From the NCBI GenBank assembly GCA_964519305.1, contig CAZFHY010000005.1:32001-96000 (forward strand): 64,000 nt of DNA, read 5' to 3'. The stretch is from Candidatus Undinarchaeota archaeon (GTDB lineage: Archaea; SpSt-1190; JASMDC01). Below the pieces are notes generated by a model. It saw only the letters and a list, made by a program, of their open reading frames with translations. It had not been told where the DNA came from and did not search any database. Positions 34,900-44,578 of the stretch are shown here, piece after piece. Every line of letters starts with the position of its first letter. The stretch's first letter is position 1. The position numbers and the translations under genes were made by a program.

Positions 34900-35170
34900 G
34901 GAGGTTGGCTCTACTTCACCATTTAAGTATCTTTACTTTACATAGGTTTTGGAGGCGAATAGGGGGTCCTGCCATGATCGCGCGGGGCCGTCCCCCCGCG
35001 CTCAACCGCGACCAAAGGTCGAGCTATCGTGTATCAATAATACAAGAGAACGCGGGCGCCCAGTCTGTCCTTTACAGCGATAGACCTCGAACAGCCCGGG
35101 GTGCGTCATCTAAAAACGGTTATACACGCTCACCGTTTAAATATCGATGCTTTGGGGTTCGGGCGCTAGC

Positions 35171-35698
35171 TCATCGAGCGGGCCGGGGACGGAGCCGTGT
35201 CGATACTAGCTCCATGGAGATCGTGTGCTCCCGAGAAGTGCGGTACGGGGAGACTGCGTCAACGGCCCACCAACCTTCGGCATTGAGCTCACGTTCCGCT
35301 CCACGTCGCTCTGCTCTGAACACGTCCACACGCAGTGAACCACAGGCAGCCTCATAGAATGTACGGTCGAGCGCGACCCGTGCTATCCCATCGATATCGG
35401 TGACCGCTGATGCGGTGGGACCTTCCAGCGCAGGTGGCGGTGTGGTCTCGCCGATGTCCGTGCGTGCGGCCCCTACCTCGTTCCGTGAGGCACACTGCAG
35501 CGCCGCTAAGGTCACAATGGCGCCGGCGGCTGGACCGCCCCCTTCATATCGTGCGGTGACTGTCACCACGCCCGCCGTGGCCCCGGCCCGGCCTCTAGGA
35601 GCAGGGATATGTGGTGTAAAGAGGATTACGATCGCTACGCACACGATGAGCACGATCAGGAGCCTGTTGGTATGGGTTAAGGGCTGTTCGTCTCCCAT
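35171..35698 (-). CDS. Hypothetical N-terminally anchored protein
   Basis: N-terminal TM followed by a prealbumin-like beta segment ('GAIVTL...TDIDGIARV'). Confidence 0.5.
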   Translation of the reverse strand: MGDEQPLTHTNRLLIVLIVCVAIVILFTPHIPAPRGRAGATAGVVTVTARYEGGGPAAGAIVTLAALQCASRNEVGAARTDIGETTPPPALEGPTASAVTDIDGIARVALDRTFYEAACGSLRVDVFRAERRGAERELNAEGWWAVDAVSPYRTSREHTISMELVSTRLRPRPAR

Positions 35699-35757
35699 TG
35701 TGGTCGATCAGGGTATGAACGCCCATCTTCTTATGTATTTCCACGCAGCACATCCTC

Positions 35758-36276
35758 GTGCGATCGGTCCTCTTATACTGCGAGCGACAGTGCGACCCGC
35801 GCAAGTGCACGGCCATGAAGCTAATCAGGTTCGGGCTGGCCCGAGAGGTGCGCTCGATCCCCGCTCGCTCGGTGCTCCTGGATCCCACCAGTGAGAAAGT
35901 GCTCTCCCAAGAGGACGTGGGATCGCGAACACCGGTCGTTGCCCTGGACTGCTCTTGGAACCGGGGGGTCGAGATCTTCACCGATCCACGCCTCTCGCGA
36001 CGGGGCGTGCGAAAGCGGGCTCTGCCATATCTCGTTGCCGCCAATCCAACCAATTACGGGAAACCGACCAAGCTCTCAACGGTCGAGGCACTGTGCGCGG
36101 CGCTCTTCATTCTTGGGGATAAAGAGCAAGCAAAACAGCTCATAGCCCCATTCCGGTGGGGCCATTCCTTCCTGTCACTTAACGAAAACCTTTTAAGAAG
36201 GTATTCCAAAGCAGTCTCTCCCTCGGAAATCCTGTCAATCCAGGCCGAGGTTATGAGTGATGATCATGGCGCTTGA
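35758..36276 (+). CDS. tsr3: 16S rRNA aminocarboxypropyltransferase Tsr3
   Basis: 'QCDPRKCT', 'DCSW', 'RALPYLVAANPTNYG', 'LSTVEA' and 'FRWG..F..LN'. Confidence 0.95.
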   Translation: MRSVLLYCERQCDPRKCTAMKLIRFGLAREVRSIPARSVLLDPTSEKVLSQEDVGSRTPVVALDCSWNRGVEIFTDPRLSRRGVRKRALPYLVAANPTNYGKPTKLSTVEALCAALFILGDKEQAKQLIAPFRWGHSFLSLNENLLRRYSKAVSPSEILSIQAEVMSDDHGA

Positions 36277-36439
36277 TCCCGTCGTAGAGCAGAGGATGTT
36301 CTCCAACGTGTTCGTCTGCATGCGGTGCAACGCCCGGAACCGCGCGGCCTCCATAAAGGTCCGCCAGGGTAAGATCCACTGCCGCAAGTGCGGATACAAT
36401 AGACTGCGAGTGAGGAAGAAGGGCTCCGGTAAGGCCTGA
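36266..36439 (+). CDS. rpl40e: 50S ribosomal protein L40e
   Basis: 'VCMRCNARN...CRKCGYNRLR' Zn finger; usual position next to the DGGGP synthase gene. Confidence 0.9.
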   Translation: MALDPVVEQRMFSNVFVCMRCNARNRAASIKVRQGKIHCRKCGYNRLRVRKKGSGKA

Positions 36440-37284
36440 TGTGGGTATTTGCCGAGGTGCTCCGTCCCGCCAACTGCCTTATGGCAGCGGCGGCCGTGCC
36501 CTTGGGGGCAGAGGTCGCCTTGGGGGCCGGAATAGGGCCCGGTGTCCTCCCAGCAGCCACGACTGTGTTCCTTATTTGCGGGGCAGGTAATGTCGTTAAT
36601 GACTACTACGATCGCGATATCGACGCGGTCAATGCTCCCGAACGCCCCATCCCCTCCGGTAGGCTCTCACCGCAGGGTGCTCAAGCGTACGCGATAATCC
36701 TCTTCCTCGCAGGTGTGGGACTGGCCGCCACCATCAACACGTACGCACTCGCTATCGCCGCTCTCGCGGCCGTCCTCCTCGCCGCCTATGCCCACAGCGG
36801 CAAGCGCATGGGCATCTGGGGCAATCTCATAGTCTCGCTCCTTGTCGGTCTTACTATCGTGTACGGTGGCGTCGCCGTCGCTGCTAATGACATCATTGCG
36901 CTACAACGCGTGGGTGTGCTCGGGATGTGCGCCCTACTTGCCAATCTCGGTCGCGAGCTGGTCAAGGACATCGAGGACCTGGAGGGCGACCTCACCGAGG
37001 ACGCCCAGAGCGTCCCGGCAGTTCACGGCCCTGAACGCGCACGCTCACTCGCCACGGCCTCCCTCAGTACGGCAATCCTGCTAGGATTCCTGCCCGTGTA
37101 CCTCGGGTTCCTCACGTCCACATACTATATCATGACCATCCTCATCGCCGATGCGCTGTTCGCCGCCGCAGCGGCCCAGCTCTTCCAGGGGCAGCTCACA
37201 AGCGACTCGGCCGGCCGTTCACAGCGGATTATAAAGTTTGGCATGTTCTGTGCTCTCATAGCGTTCCTAGTAGGTAACCGGTGA
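36439..37284 (+). CDS. Digeranylgeranylglyceryl phosphate synthase (UbiA family)
   Basis: 'NDYYDRDIDAVNAPERPIPSG' and 'RELVKDIEDLEGD'. Confidence 0.92.
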   Translation: MWVFAEVLRPANCLMAAAAVPLGAEVALGAGIGPGVLPAATTVFLICGAGNVVNDYYDRDIDAVNAPERPIPSGRLSPQGAQAYAIILFLAGVGLAATINTYALAIAALAAVLLAAYAHSGKRMGIWGNLIVSLLVGLTIVYGGVAVAANDIIALQRVGVLGMCALLANLGRELVKDIEDLEGDLTEDAQSVPAVHGPERARSLATASLSTAILLGFLPVYLGFLTSTYYIMTILIADALFAAAAAQLFQGQLTSDSAGRSQRIIKFGMFCALIAFLVGNR

Positions 37285-37289
37285 TCATC

Positions 37290-38045
37290 ATGGCATACAA
37301 CAGATCAAAGACCGTGTACGAGCATCTTACGTCCCTCCTCCCTAAGGGGCGTTTGCACTTCACACTTATCGACCCTGCCGCTCAGTCGCCCGAGGAGGCT
37401 GCCAACACGGCGCGGGTCGCCGAAGAGGTAGGCAGCGATGTCATCCTTTTGGGCGGTTCCACCGGCGCGTCCCAGCTGCTCGACGCGACGGGTGCCGCGA
37501 TCAGAGAGGCCTGCTCTCTGCCCGTGGTGCTCTTCCCCGGCAATGTCGACGGCATCACACCCAACGCCGATGCAGTGCTCTTCATGAGCCTGCTCAACTC
37601 CATGAACCACTACTGGGTCATTGGTGCCCAGGCCTTGGGTGCACCCACGATCAAGCGGATGGGTATCGAGCCCATCCCAATGGGCTACATCGTCGTGGAG
37701 CCCGGGGGCACCGTGGGTTGGGTCGGAGAGGCCAAGCTGATGCCCCGGTCCAAGCCCGAACTGGCGGCATGCTACGCTCTTGCCGCTCAGTACATGGGTA
37801 TGCGGCTCGTGTATCTCGAGGCCGGCTCTGGCGCCGATGCTCCTATTCCCGCAGAGATGATCGCCGCTGTGCGCGGCACGATCGACATCCCCATCATCGT
37901 GGGCGGGGGTATCCGGACACCGGAGCATGCCCGGAACGTCGTGAAGGCCGGTGCTGACATCGTCGTTACAGGCACAGTGCTCGAAGAGAAGGGCGGAGCA
38001 TCCGAGACCTTCAAGCAGATCGTGGCTGCTGTCAAGGGCACCTAA
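37290..38045 (+). CDS. Geranylgeranylglyceryl phosphate synthase (group II)
   Basis: 'HFTLIDP', 'GGST', 'LFPGN', 'SLLNS', 'YLEAGSGA' and 'VGGGIR'. Confidence 0.93.
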   Translation: MAYNRSKTVYEHLTSLLPKGRLHFTLIDPAAQSPEEAANTARVAEEVGSDVILLGGSTGASQLLDATGAAIREACSLPVVLFPGNVDGITPNADAVLFMSLLNSMNHYWVIGAQALGAPTIKRMGIEPIPMGYIVVEPGGTVGWVGEAKLMPRSKPELAACYALAAQYMGMRLVYLEAGSGADAPIPAEMIAAVRGTIDIPIIVGGGIRTPEHARNVVKAGADIVVTGTVLEEKGGASETFKQIVAAVKGT

Positions 38046-38055
38046 CGGACGAGTA

Positions 38056-38087
38056 TGACCCCGGGGGCATTGCCCCCAGGGGGGTCA
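38056..38087 (+). terminator. GC-rich inverted repeat after the GGGP synthase gene
   Basis: TGACCCC-GGGGGCA-T-TGCCCCC-AGG-GGGGTCA. Confidence 0.4.
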
Positions 38088-38292
38088 GGGCTCCAGAATG
38101 TCCACATCCGGGTTTAGAATCCCTTCGGTAAACCCACAACCCATCATTCCCATGGCCGAGGATCGGGGGAGGATTATAAGGGTGAGGGTGAAGTGACCCT
38201 GTAATCTACTGGCGTTATCCTCCACCATCAATTAATTGGCCTTGTGGGGTCGCTGCCGTCATGATTTTATTGTTAGCGTCCGTCCCACCCAT

Positions 38293-39448
38293 CATGGTCG
38301 ACCTCATCGCCCTGGGTATGAACACCCGCCCGGTCGTGGAGTCGCTAATCCACGCCGGTTACAGTGTTGCCGCTGCGGACGTGTTCGGTGATGAGGACCT
38401 AAGGGATGCTGCTGAGCTCGTTGTGGCATTGAGCGACGACGAGGGTGCCTTCGACTTCGATGCAGCTCGCTTGGTCGAGCTCGCCAACGGTCTCGCCACG
38501 ACTACCGGATGCACTACCTTCTTCCCCACATCAGGATTCGACCGATGTCCGGAGGTGCTCGCAGGCCTGAAGGGCGAGGTACTGGGAACATCGCCCGAGA
38601 CCATGCGACAGGCCAAGGACGTGCGCGCGCTCAAGACAATTGGTATCCCGATCCCCCGCTCGATCTGGGTGCGGGACCAGCACCATATCGAAGAGGCCGC
38701 GGAACGGATCGGTTATCCTTGTGTGATCAAACCGCCCGTAGGCTCGGCGGGGGTGGGAGTGCGGCTCGTCCAGCATCCGAACGAGCTCCATACCCGGGAG
38801 GACTACTCTGACAGCGGTTTCCCAGAGGAGGGCATTCTCGTACAAGAGCATGTCCCCGGTGCGCCTCTGTCTGCGAGCTTCCTGGCCGATGGTCGACAAT
38901 CGCTCCTTGTGGGGACGAACCGTCAGCTATTGGGTGAGCCGTGGTTGGGTGTTGACGGTTACCAGTTCTGTGGATGCTTGTCACCAGCACCCGTGCCCGG
39001 GCAAGTGCATGAAGAACTGACCGCACTTGGCTCGGTGTTGACGTCCCGGCTAGGGCTACGTGGCTCGTTCGGGATCGACTTTGCGCTCCGTGACGGATCG
39101 CTGGTTGTGTTCGAGGTCAATCCCCGCACACAGTCGACGCTCGATACGCTCGACCGCGCCCTCGATCTTTCCATCGGTCAGCTCCATGTCGAGGCATCCC
39201 GGGAACGCCTGCCTGACGAGCTCCCACGTTCCGGGAGCGACGTCTGGGGGAAAGCGATCGTGTACGCCAGAGCGAACGGTCCGGCACCGAAGCTGTCGGA
39301 CGTGTCGGACCGCCCTGCACAGGGTACTCCGCTCGAGAAAGGCGAACCCGTGTGCACGGTCCTGGCCAAGGGTTGTTCGTTCGATGATGCACTGGCCGGG
39401 CTGCAGGAGCGTGCGGCCGAGGTCTATCGTGTGCTGGAGGAGAGCTAA
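38293..39448 (+). CDS. ATP-grasp domain protein (COG2232-like)
   Basis: 'ADVFGDEDL', 'IKPPVGSAGVG', 'QEHVPG' and 'EVNPR'; start may be 38261. Confidence 0.82.
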
Positions 39449-40587
39449 CCCTCCACCTTCACCATCCGGACCGTGTTGAACCCTACCGTAACGCGAAGAT
39501 AGCCCTTCTTGGTGAACTCCCGGTCCAGACCACGGTCGCCGGTGTCCACGCGGAGGACGGGTGTCTTCGCCAGCTTCGAGGCCGTGGCCAGTATCATAAT
39601 ACAGTCCATACCGATCGCACGGACCACCTGTGGCGAGAGCTGCTGGTTCCCTCTCCCAAGGATGAATCCCTGGGCGCCGATAGGTGTGAGGACCAGGCAC
39701 CGGGGCCGGTCAGCATGTTCCTCAAGGATGTTCAGGAGGGTCTTCTCGTCCGCGTCCTTAGCTATTATCTTCCGGTCTAGGACAACATCGATGCCCAAGA
39801 CCGTGAGACCGAGCCCTAGGCGTCTGCCCACGGCCTCCACCGTGGAGCCAGAACCCAGAATGTAGAGGGTGTCCGGATTCCGTCGCATCTCGAACACGAC
39901 CGTCATCGCCATCTCGTCCTTGAGCTCGTCCTCGTCCACGCGTTCGAATCCCATCTTCCCTGACTGGATGTAGGTGGGTTCCGCGAGCGTCCTTGCAGCA
40001 GCATGGAGCCGGACCTCGACCCGGTCGTCCCGGAACGCGTCCTCGTCCAGGTCCAGCACCTCCGCGTCCGCTCCACCCACCTGGCCATGGAGGTAGTCCC
40101 AGATTACCTGGGCACAGCTCGCGGGATGGATCCCGAACACACCCGAGTACATCTTCACGCCCGAAGGGATTCCCATCACAGGGACCTTGGTCCCCGTCAC
40201 GGACACGACGTCACGTGCCGTGCCATCTCCACCGCAGAACACGACGAACTCGACCCCATGTTCCAGGAACGCGCGGACTGCGCCCTCGGTGTCCACGGCA
40301 GTGGTGGCATCAGCGTGGTCATGGACCACTTCGATCCGGGCATCGGGGAGAGCTGATAGAGCGTCGGCGCCCATCGAGCCCGCACTGGTCACCCATTCGA
40401 TGGCCAGGGGCTTGTTCTCTGCGAGCTGTATAAGCGCGTCCATAGTCTCCCGGGCCTTGCCGGGCGCCACGGGCTCAGCACCCCGCGCCCGGGCCTCGTC
40501 CACCACACCATCGGTGCCCTTGAGCGCCACGCGTCCGCCCATTCCGGCGATGGGATTCACCACGAATCCGATGCGCCTGGGCTCCAC
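39445..40587 (-). CDS. ATP-NAD kinase family protein (COG3199)
   Basis: 'NPIAGMGG...LKGTDG', 'GGDGTARD', 'GVKMYSGVF' and 'GQGFILGRGNQQ'-like motif. Confidence 0.9.
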   Translation of the reverse strand: MEPRRIGFVVNPIAGMGGRVALKGTDGVVDEARARGAEPVAPGKARETMDALIQLAENKPLAIEWVTSAGSMGADALSALPDARIEVVHDHADATTAVDTEGAVRAFLEHGVEFVVFCGGDGTARDVVSVTGTKVPVMGIPSGVKMYSGVFGIHPASCAQVIWDYLHGQVGGADAEVLDLDEDAFRDDRVEVRLHAAARTLAEPTYIQSGKMGFERVDEDELKDEMAMTVVFEMRRNPDTLYILGSGSTVEAVGRRLGLGLTVLGIDVVLDRKIIAKDADEKTLLNILEEHADRPRCLVLTPIGAQGFILGRGNQQLSPQVVRAIGMDCIMILATASKLAKTPVLRVDTGDRGLDREFTKKGYLRVTVGFNTVRMVKVEG

Positions 40588-40609
40588 TATAGCGGGCCTC
40601 CGGAAATCC

Positions 40610-41791
40610 TCAGATGATACCCAGCTTCTTACCGTTGCGCTCCAGGACCTCGAGCGCGGTGTCCAGGTCCTCGCGGGTGTGCCCGGCGTTCATCATCGTA
40701 CGGATGCGTGCCTTGTCCTTGGCCACCATGGGGAACACGATGGGAAGGGCGAACACACCGTCGGCGATGATGGCGTCCGACAGGGCCTTGGCGTTCTTCG
40801 ACTCGCCCACGATGACAGGTGTGATGGCCGTGTCCGAGTGACCGCAGTCGAAACCCATGGCCTCGAGCTGGGCCTTGAAGTAGCGGATGTTCTCCCACAG
40901 GACCTTGTGGTGCTGAGGTTCATCTTCCAGCACCGATATGGCCGCATCGCAGGCGGCCGCAACGGCCGGTGGATGCGATCCGGAGAGCAGCCATGTGCGC
41001 GACTTGTTCAGAGCGAAGTTCTTCAGGTCCTGTGTGCCCGATACATAGCCACCGACGACACCGAACGCCTTTGAGAAGGTCCCCATCTCCACGTCGACCC
41101 TCCCTTCGAGACCGAAATGAGAGACTATGCCGCGACCGCCCTCGCCGATAACGCCCTCACCATGGGCGTCGTCCACGTAGGTCATGGCGCCGTACTCCTC
41201 GGCAAGCTTGACTATGTTGTCCATGGGAGCTATGTCGCCGTCCATGGAGAACACACCGTCCGTGATGATGAGGATGCGCTTGAAGTCCTTGTCAGCGTCC
41301 TTGAGCACCCGTGCCAGGTCCGTCATGTCGTTGTGGGCGTACACGCCCTTGTTGGCCTTGGAAAGACGGACGCCATCGATGATGCTGCCATGATTGAGCT
41401 CGTCGGAGATGATTATGTCGCCGGCCCCCACGAGCTGGGGGATGAGACCTGCATTGGCCGCGAACCCGGTCTGATACACCAAGGCCGCCTCGACGTCCTT
41501 GAACCGGGCCAGATGCGCCTCCAGTGCTTCATGGATGTCCATGTTCCCGGCGATGGCCCGCACGGAGCCCGAACCGGCACCGTGGGTCTTGACCGCGTCA
41601 ATGGCCGCCTGCTTTATCTTCGGATGGTTGGAGAGGTTGAGGTAGTTGTTCGAGCAGAGCATGATGACATCGCGGCCATCGATGGTGCACCGGGGGGTGC
41701 TCGGCCCTTGTAGGACCTTGAGCCTCCAGTCGAGGTTCTCGTTGACCAGTCGTTCATACTCCTGTTTCAGGAATGCTTTAGAGTCGCGCAT
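40610..41791 (-). CDS. kbl: Glycine C-acetyltransferase (2-amino-3-ketobutyrate CoA ligase)
   Basis: 'CSNNYL', 'DGVFSMDG', 'DDAHG' and PLP lysine 'GTFSKA'; adjacent to tdh. Confidence 0.9.
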   Translation of the reverse strand: MRDSKAFLKQEYERLVNENLDWRLKVLQGPSTPRCTIDGRDVIMLCSNNYLNLSNHPKIKQAAIDAVKTHGAGSGSVRAIAGNMDIHEALEAHLARFKDVEAALVYQTGFAANAGLIPQLVGAGDIIISDELNHGSIIDGVRLSKANKGVYAHNDMTDLARVLKDADKDFKRILIITDGVFSMDGDIAPMDNIVKLAEEYGAMTYVDDAHGEGVIGEGGRGIVSHFGLEGRVDVEMGTFSKAFGVVGGYVSGTQDLKNFALNKSRTWLLSGSHPPAVAAACDAAISVLEDEPQHHKVLWENIRYFKAQLEAMGFDCGHSDTAITPVIVGESKNAKALSDAIIADGVFALPIVFPMVAKDKARIRTMMNAGHTREDLDTALEVLERNGKKLGII

Positions 41792-41829
41792 GGCTCCTTC
41801 CTCCGTGTCGTGATGACCGTGACGGCGAT

Positions 41830-42885
41830 TCACTCCAGGGACAGCACTACTTTTCCGCTCTGTCCGGAGCGCATAATCTCCATACCCTTCTTGAAGTCCT
41901 CGAAGGGCAGGTTATGAGTGATGATGGTGGACAGATCCTCGCAGAGCGAGGGTATGTTTAGGAGGTTCTTGGTGATCTGCCAGGTCTTGAATATGCGGCG
42001 ACCGGTGATACCGACCATCGTGATGCCCTTGAATACCACCTGATCGGTTATATCGATCGGGATCGGTTCCTTGTACACACCGAGGATAGCGAAGTGGCCA
42101 CCCTTCTTCAGGATCTGTAGACCTGTGTTGAAGGCATGGGCGTTACCGGACATCTCCAGAACTACATCGACACCCGCACCGTTCGTACGTTCGAGGATCT
42201 CCTTCTCCACATCCTGCTTGGAGGCGAGGAAGGTCTTGTAGGCGCCCACCTTCTTGGCGAGCTTGGCCCGATACTTGTTGTCCCCCTCGACGACGTAGAT
42301 CTCCGAAGCACCACAGGCCTTGCACACGGCCGTGGCCATGAGCCCGATGGGGCCTGCTCCAAGGATCGCTACTGATTGTCCCGAGACGTTCGTGGAGAAT
42401 ACAGTGTGCACGGCGTTGCCCAGCGGATCCTGCACGGAGCAGAACTCGGGGGGCAGTGTGGGATCGTTGACCCACACGTTGCGGGCCGGGATGCAGCAGT
42501 ACTCAGCGAAGATCCCGGTGCGGTCCACACCGAATATCTCCACGTTGTCACATATGTGGGCCCGGCCTGACTGGCACATCTCGCACCGGTCGTCCACGAT
42601 GTGGCACTCGCCGGATACGCGGTCTCCCACCTTGACGCTGGTGACAGCAGAACCTACCTCGACTATCTCGCCCGCGAACTCGTGTCCATAGATGAGCGGG
42701 GTCTTGATACGGCCCTGTGCCCACGAGTCCCAATTGAATATATGGACGTCAGTACCGCAGATGGACACGCACTTGTTCCTGATGAGCACATCAGTGGGGC
42801 CTGGTTTAGGGATGTCCACCTCTACGATCTCGGTCCCGTCGTACTCCGGCCGGACCTTCATGACAGCGCGCATCTTACCTTCCAT
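41830..42885 (-). CDS. tdh: L-threonine 3-dehydrogenase
   Basis: 'ICGTDVHI', 'GHEF.G', 'DPLGNAVH', 'GAGPIG', 'LEMSG' and 'SGKVVL'. Confidence 0.92.
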   Translation of the reverse strand: MEGKMRAVMKVRPEYDGTEIVEVDIPKPGPTDVLIRNKCVSICGTDVHIFNWDSWAQGRIKTPLIYGHEFAGEIVEVGSAVTSVKVGDRVSGECHIVDDRCEMCQSGRAHICDNVEIFGVDRTGIFAEYCCIPARNVWVNDPTLPPEFCSVQDPLGNAVHTVFSTNVSGQSVAILGAGPIGLMATAVCKACGASEIYVVEGDNKYRAKLAKKVGAYKTFLASKQDVEKEILERTNGAGVDVVLEMSGNAHAFNTGLQILKKGGHFAILGVYKEPIPIDITDQVVFKGITMVGITGRRIFKTWQITKNLLNIPSLCEDLSTIITHNLPFEDFKKGMEIMRSGQSGKVVLSLE

Positions 42886-43022
42886 GGTAACGACCCGTAC
42901 CCGTCCTGGGGCAGGGGGCGAGAACTGCAAGTGATTTAAAAACGTGATGGTGCGCCCTGTGCCACGGTCACAGGGTGCGGAGGTCGCCAGCGATGCGGGA
43001 GAGACGGCCTTAGGAAGGAATG

Positions 43023-43277
43023 TCAACCGCCAGCGACGATGGGGTATAGCACTACCTCGTCCCCATCCTTTAGCACACGGTCGAATGATGTCTTCTCCTT
43101 GTTCACGAACACGAGCATCACCATCCCGTCCTCGACCCCGTTCGAGTTCGCAAGTTCGCGCACGGTGGTCCCAGCGGGGACATCACGGTGCATGGGCGGT
43201 TTGACGAACCGTGTGAGCGTGCCCACGGCCCGGAGAGCGATGGAGATCGTGTCGTCGGCCATCGTGGTCACATCCAC
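43023..43277 (-). CDS. MoaD/ThiS-like ubiquitin-fold protein (SAMP)
   Basis: 'VFVN...LKDGDEV..YP..AGG' with C-terminal di-glycine; start may be 43262. Confidence 0.85.
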   Translation of the reverse strand: MDVTTMADDTISIALRAVGTLTRFVKPPMHRDVPAGTTVRELANSNGVEDGMVMLVFVNKEKTSFDRVLKDGDEVVLYPIVAGG

Positions 43278-43377
43278 GGTCGAGCAGGATTAAAACACTT
43301 TGGGTTAACGGGCACCGGGCTCTTGGCCGTTCGGATCCGCATACAAAGAGACCAATCTCTATCTAATGTGTGAAATG

Positions 43378-43451
43378 AGCCCCCGACGCGATTCGAACGC
43401 GCGACCTGCTGATTACGAATCAGCCGCTCTGACCAGCTGAGCTACGGAGGC
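43378..43451 (-). tRNA. tRNA-Thr (CGT)
   Basis: GCCTCCG-TAGCTCAGCTGGTCAGAGC-G-GCTGA-TTCGTAA-TCAGC-AGGTC-GCGCG-TTCGAAT-CGCGT-CGGGGGC-T cloverleaf; no intron; CCA not encoded. Confidence 0.95.
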
Positions 43452-44453
43452 CTGTGGTCTGAGGAGGGCATCGACGGCCTCGACAAGGCGGCCGATCAGC
43501 GCCTCCCGTTCGTAGTACGCGATGTCAACCTTTTTAAGCTCGATGGTGACGCTCGGCACGTCGAGTCGATCGTACCGCGGGCCCTTTAGCAGGAGCGGTG
43601 AGCGCAGGTCCGTGAGTAGGCCGAGTTCCAAGGAGCGCTTGTATACCCACTCCGGGGACAGCACACCCTCGCTCAGGTCGAGACCGACACCTATACCTCG
43701 TCGCCGCGAATGGACCAGCTGGCTGTACCCTTCCAGGTCGCTCTTGAGCTGATCGGCCGTCTCCACCAGGTCCTGATAGGTCCGGGGCGCCTCTTCCAAG
43801 GCCACCAACATCCCGGCGACTGTCACAGGATCGGGTGCGGCCAAGGAGAGGGCGAACTGTGCCGATTCCAAGAGCTCCTCGCTATCAGCGGCGATGAATC
43901 CTCCGGAAAGGAGGTTGGCCACTGTGGCGGGGCCGGTGGAACAGACCACGACGTCCGCGTGGCGTCCAGCGTCCTTTCGTCCCAGCACACCTGTGATATC
44001 CTCGATGACCCGTACACCCTTGTCACGGCAGAGGTTAGCGATATGGCGATCGTCGTTCTCCGCAAGGAATCCGGAAGAGGCACTGTAGATGAGGGTCTTG
44101 GGCGCCTTCATGTCCAGGTTCTTCTTCAGGAGGTCGAGGTCGAGGTGACCCTGGTCCGTCTCGAGAGCTTGGGTTTCCAGCCCCAGCACCTTTGGATGGG
44201 TCCTGAACGCGATCCAGCCGCCCGTATCTGGCAGCATCACGGGACCTGGGGCAACGAAGAGCGCTGCGAAGATGGCGCCGTTCCCGCTCGATACGGGGCG
44301 GACATAGGCCTTCCCCGTCATCCGTGATACCTTGGCCACAAGCTCCTTGGTCGCGCCAGCGTCCTTGGATGAAGTGTAGTCCTTACCAAGACCCACGGCT
44401 GCCGCGGACATGGCCTTGCGCACTTTGATGCTCGGCGACCTGTGCTTGAACAT
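43413..44453 (-). CDS. PLP-dependent transferase fold-type I-like archaeal protein, apparently lacking the Schiff-base Lys
   Basis: 'VSSGNGAI', 'PDTGGW', 'VIEDITG' and 'CSTGPATVAN..SGGFI'; last 13 codons lie inside tRNA-Thr. Confidence 0.6.
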   Translation of the reverse strand: MFKHRSPSIKVRKAMSAAAVGLGKDYTSSKDAGATKELVAKVSRMTGKAYVRPVSSGNGAIFAALFVAPGPVMLPDTGGWIAFRTHPKVLGLETQALETDQGHLDLDLLKKNLDMKAPKTLIYSASSGFLAENDDRHIANLCRDKGVRVIEDITGVLGRKDAGRHADVVVCSTGPATVANLLSGGFIAADSEELLESAQFALSLAAPDPVTVAGMLVALEEAPRTYQDLVETADQLKSDLEGYSQLVHSRRRGIGVGLDLSEGVLSPEWVYKRSLELGLLTDLRSPLLLKGPRYDRLDVPSVTIELKKVDIAYYEREALIGRLVEAVDALLRPQASVAQLVRAADS

Positions 44454-44578
44454 CGCAGGCCTCAACCCGCCGCCAAACCTTATAATGATTTCCCGCGTGC
44501 CAAAGATTCGCACGATTTAGCCCCGCCGAAACATTTTTAACCACCTAGGGGAGCCTGCCGCGACAGGTGTAGGTATCA

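Noticed and set aside
43378-43451. tRNA-Thr as the attachment site of an integrated element
   Set aside because: No integrase and no duplicated tRNA fragment seen in the window
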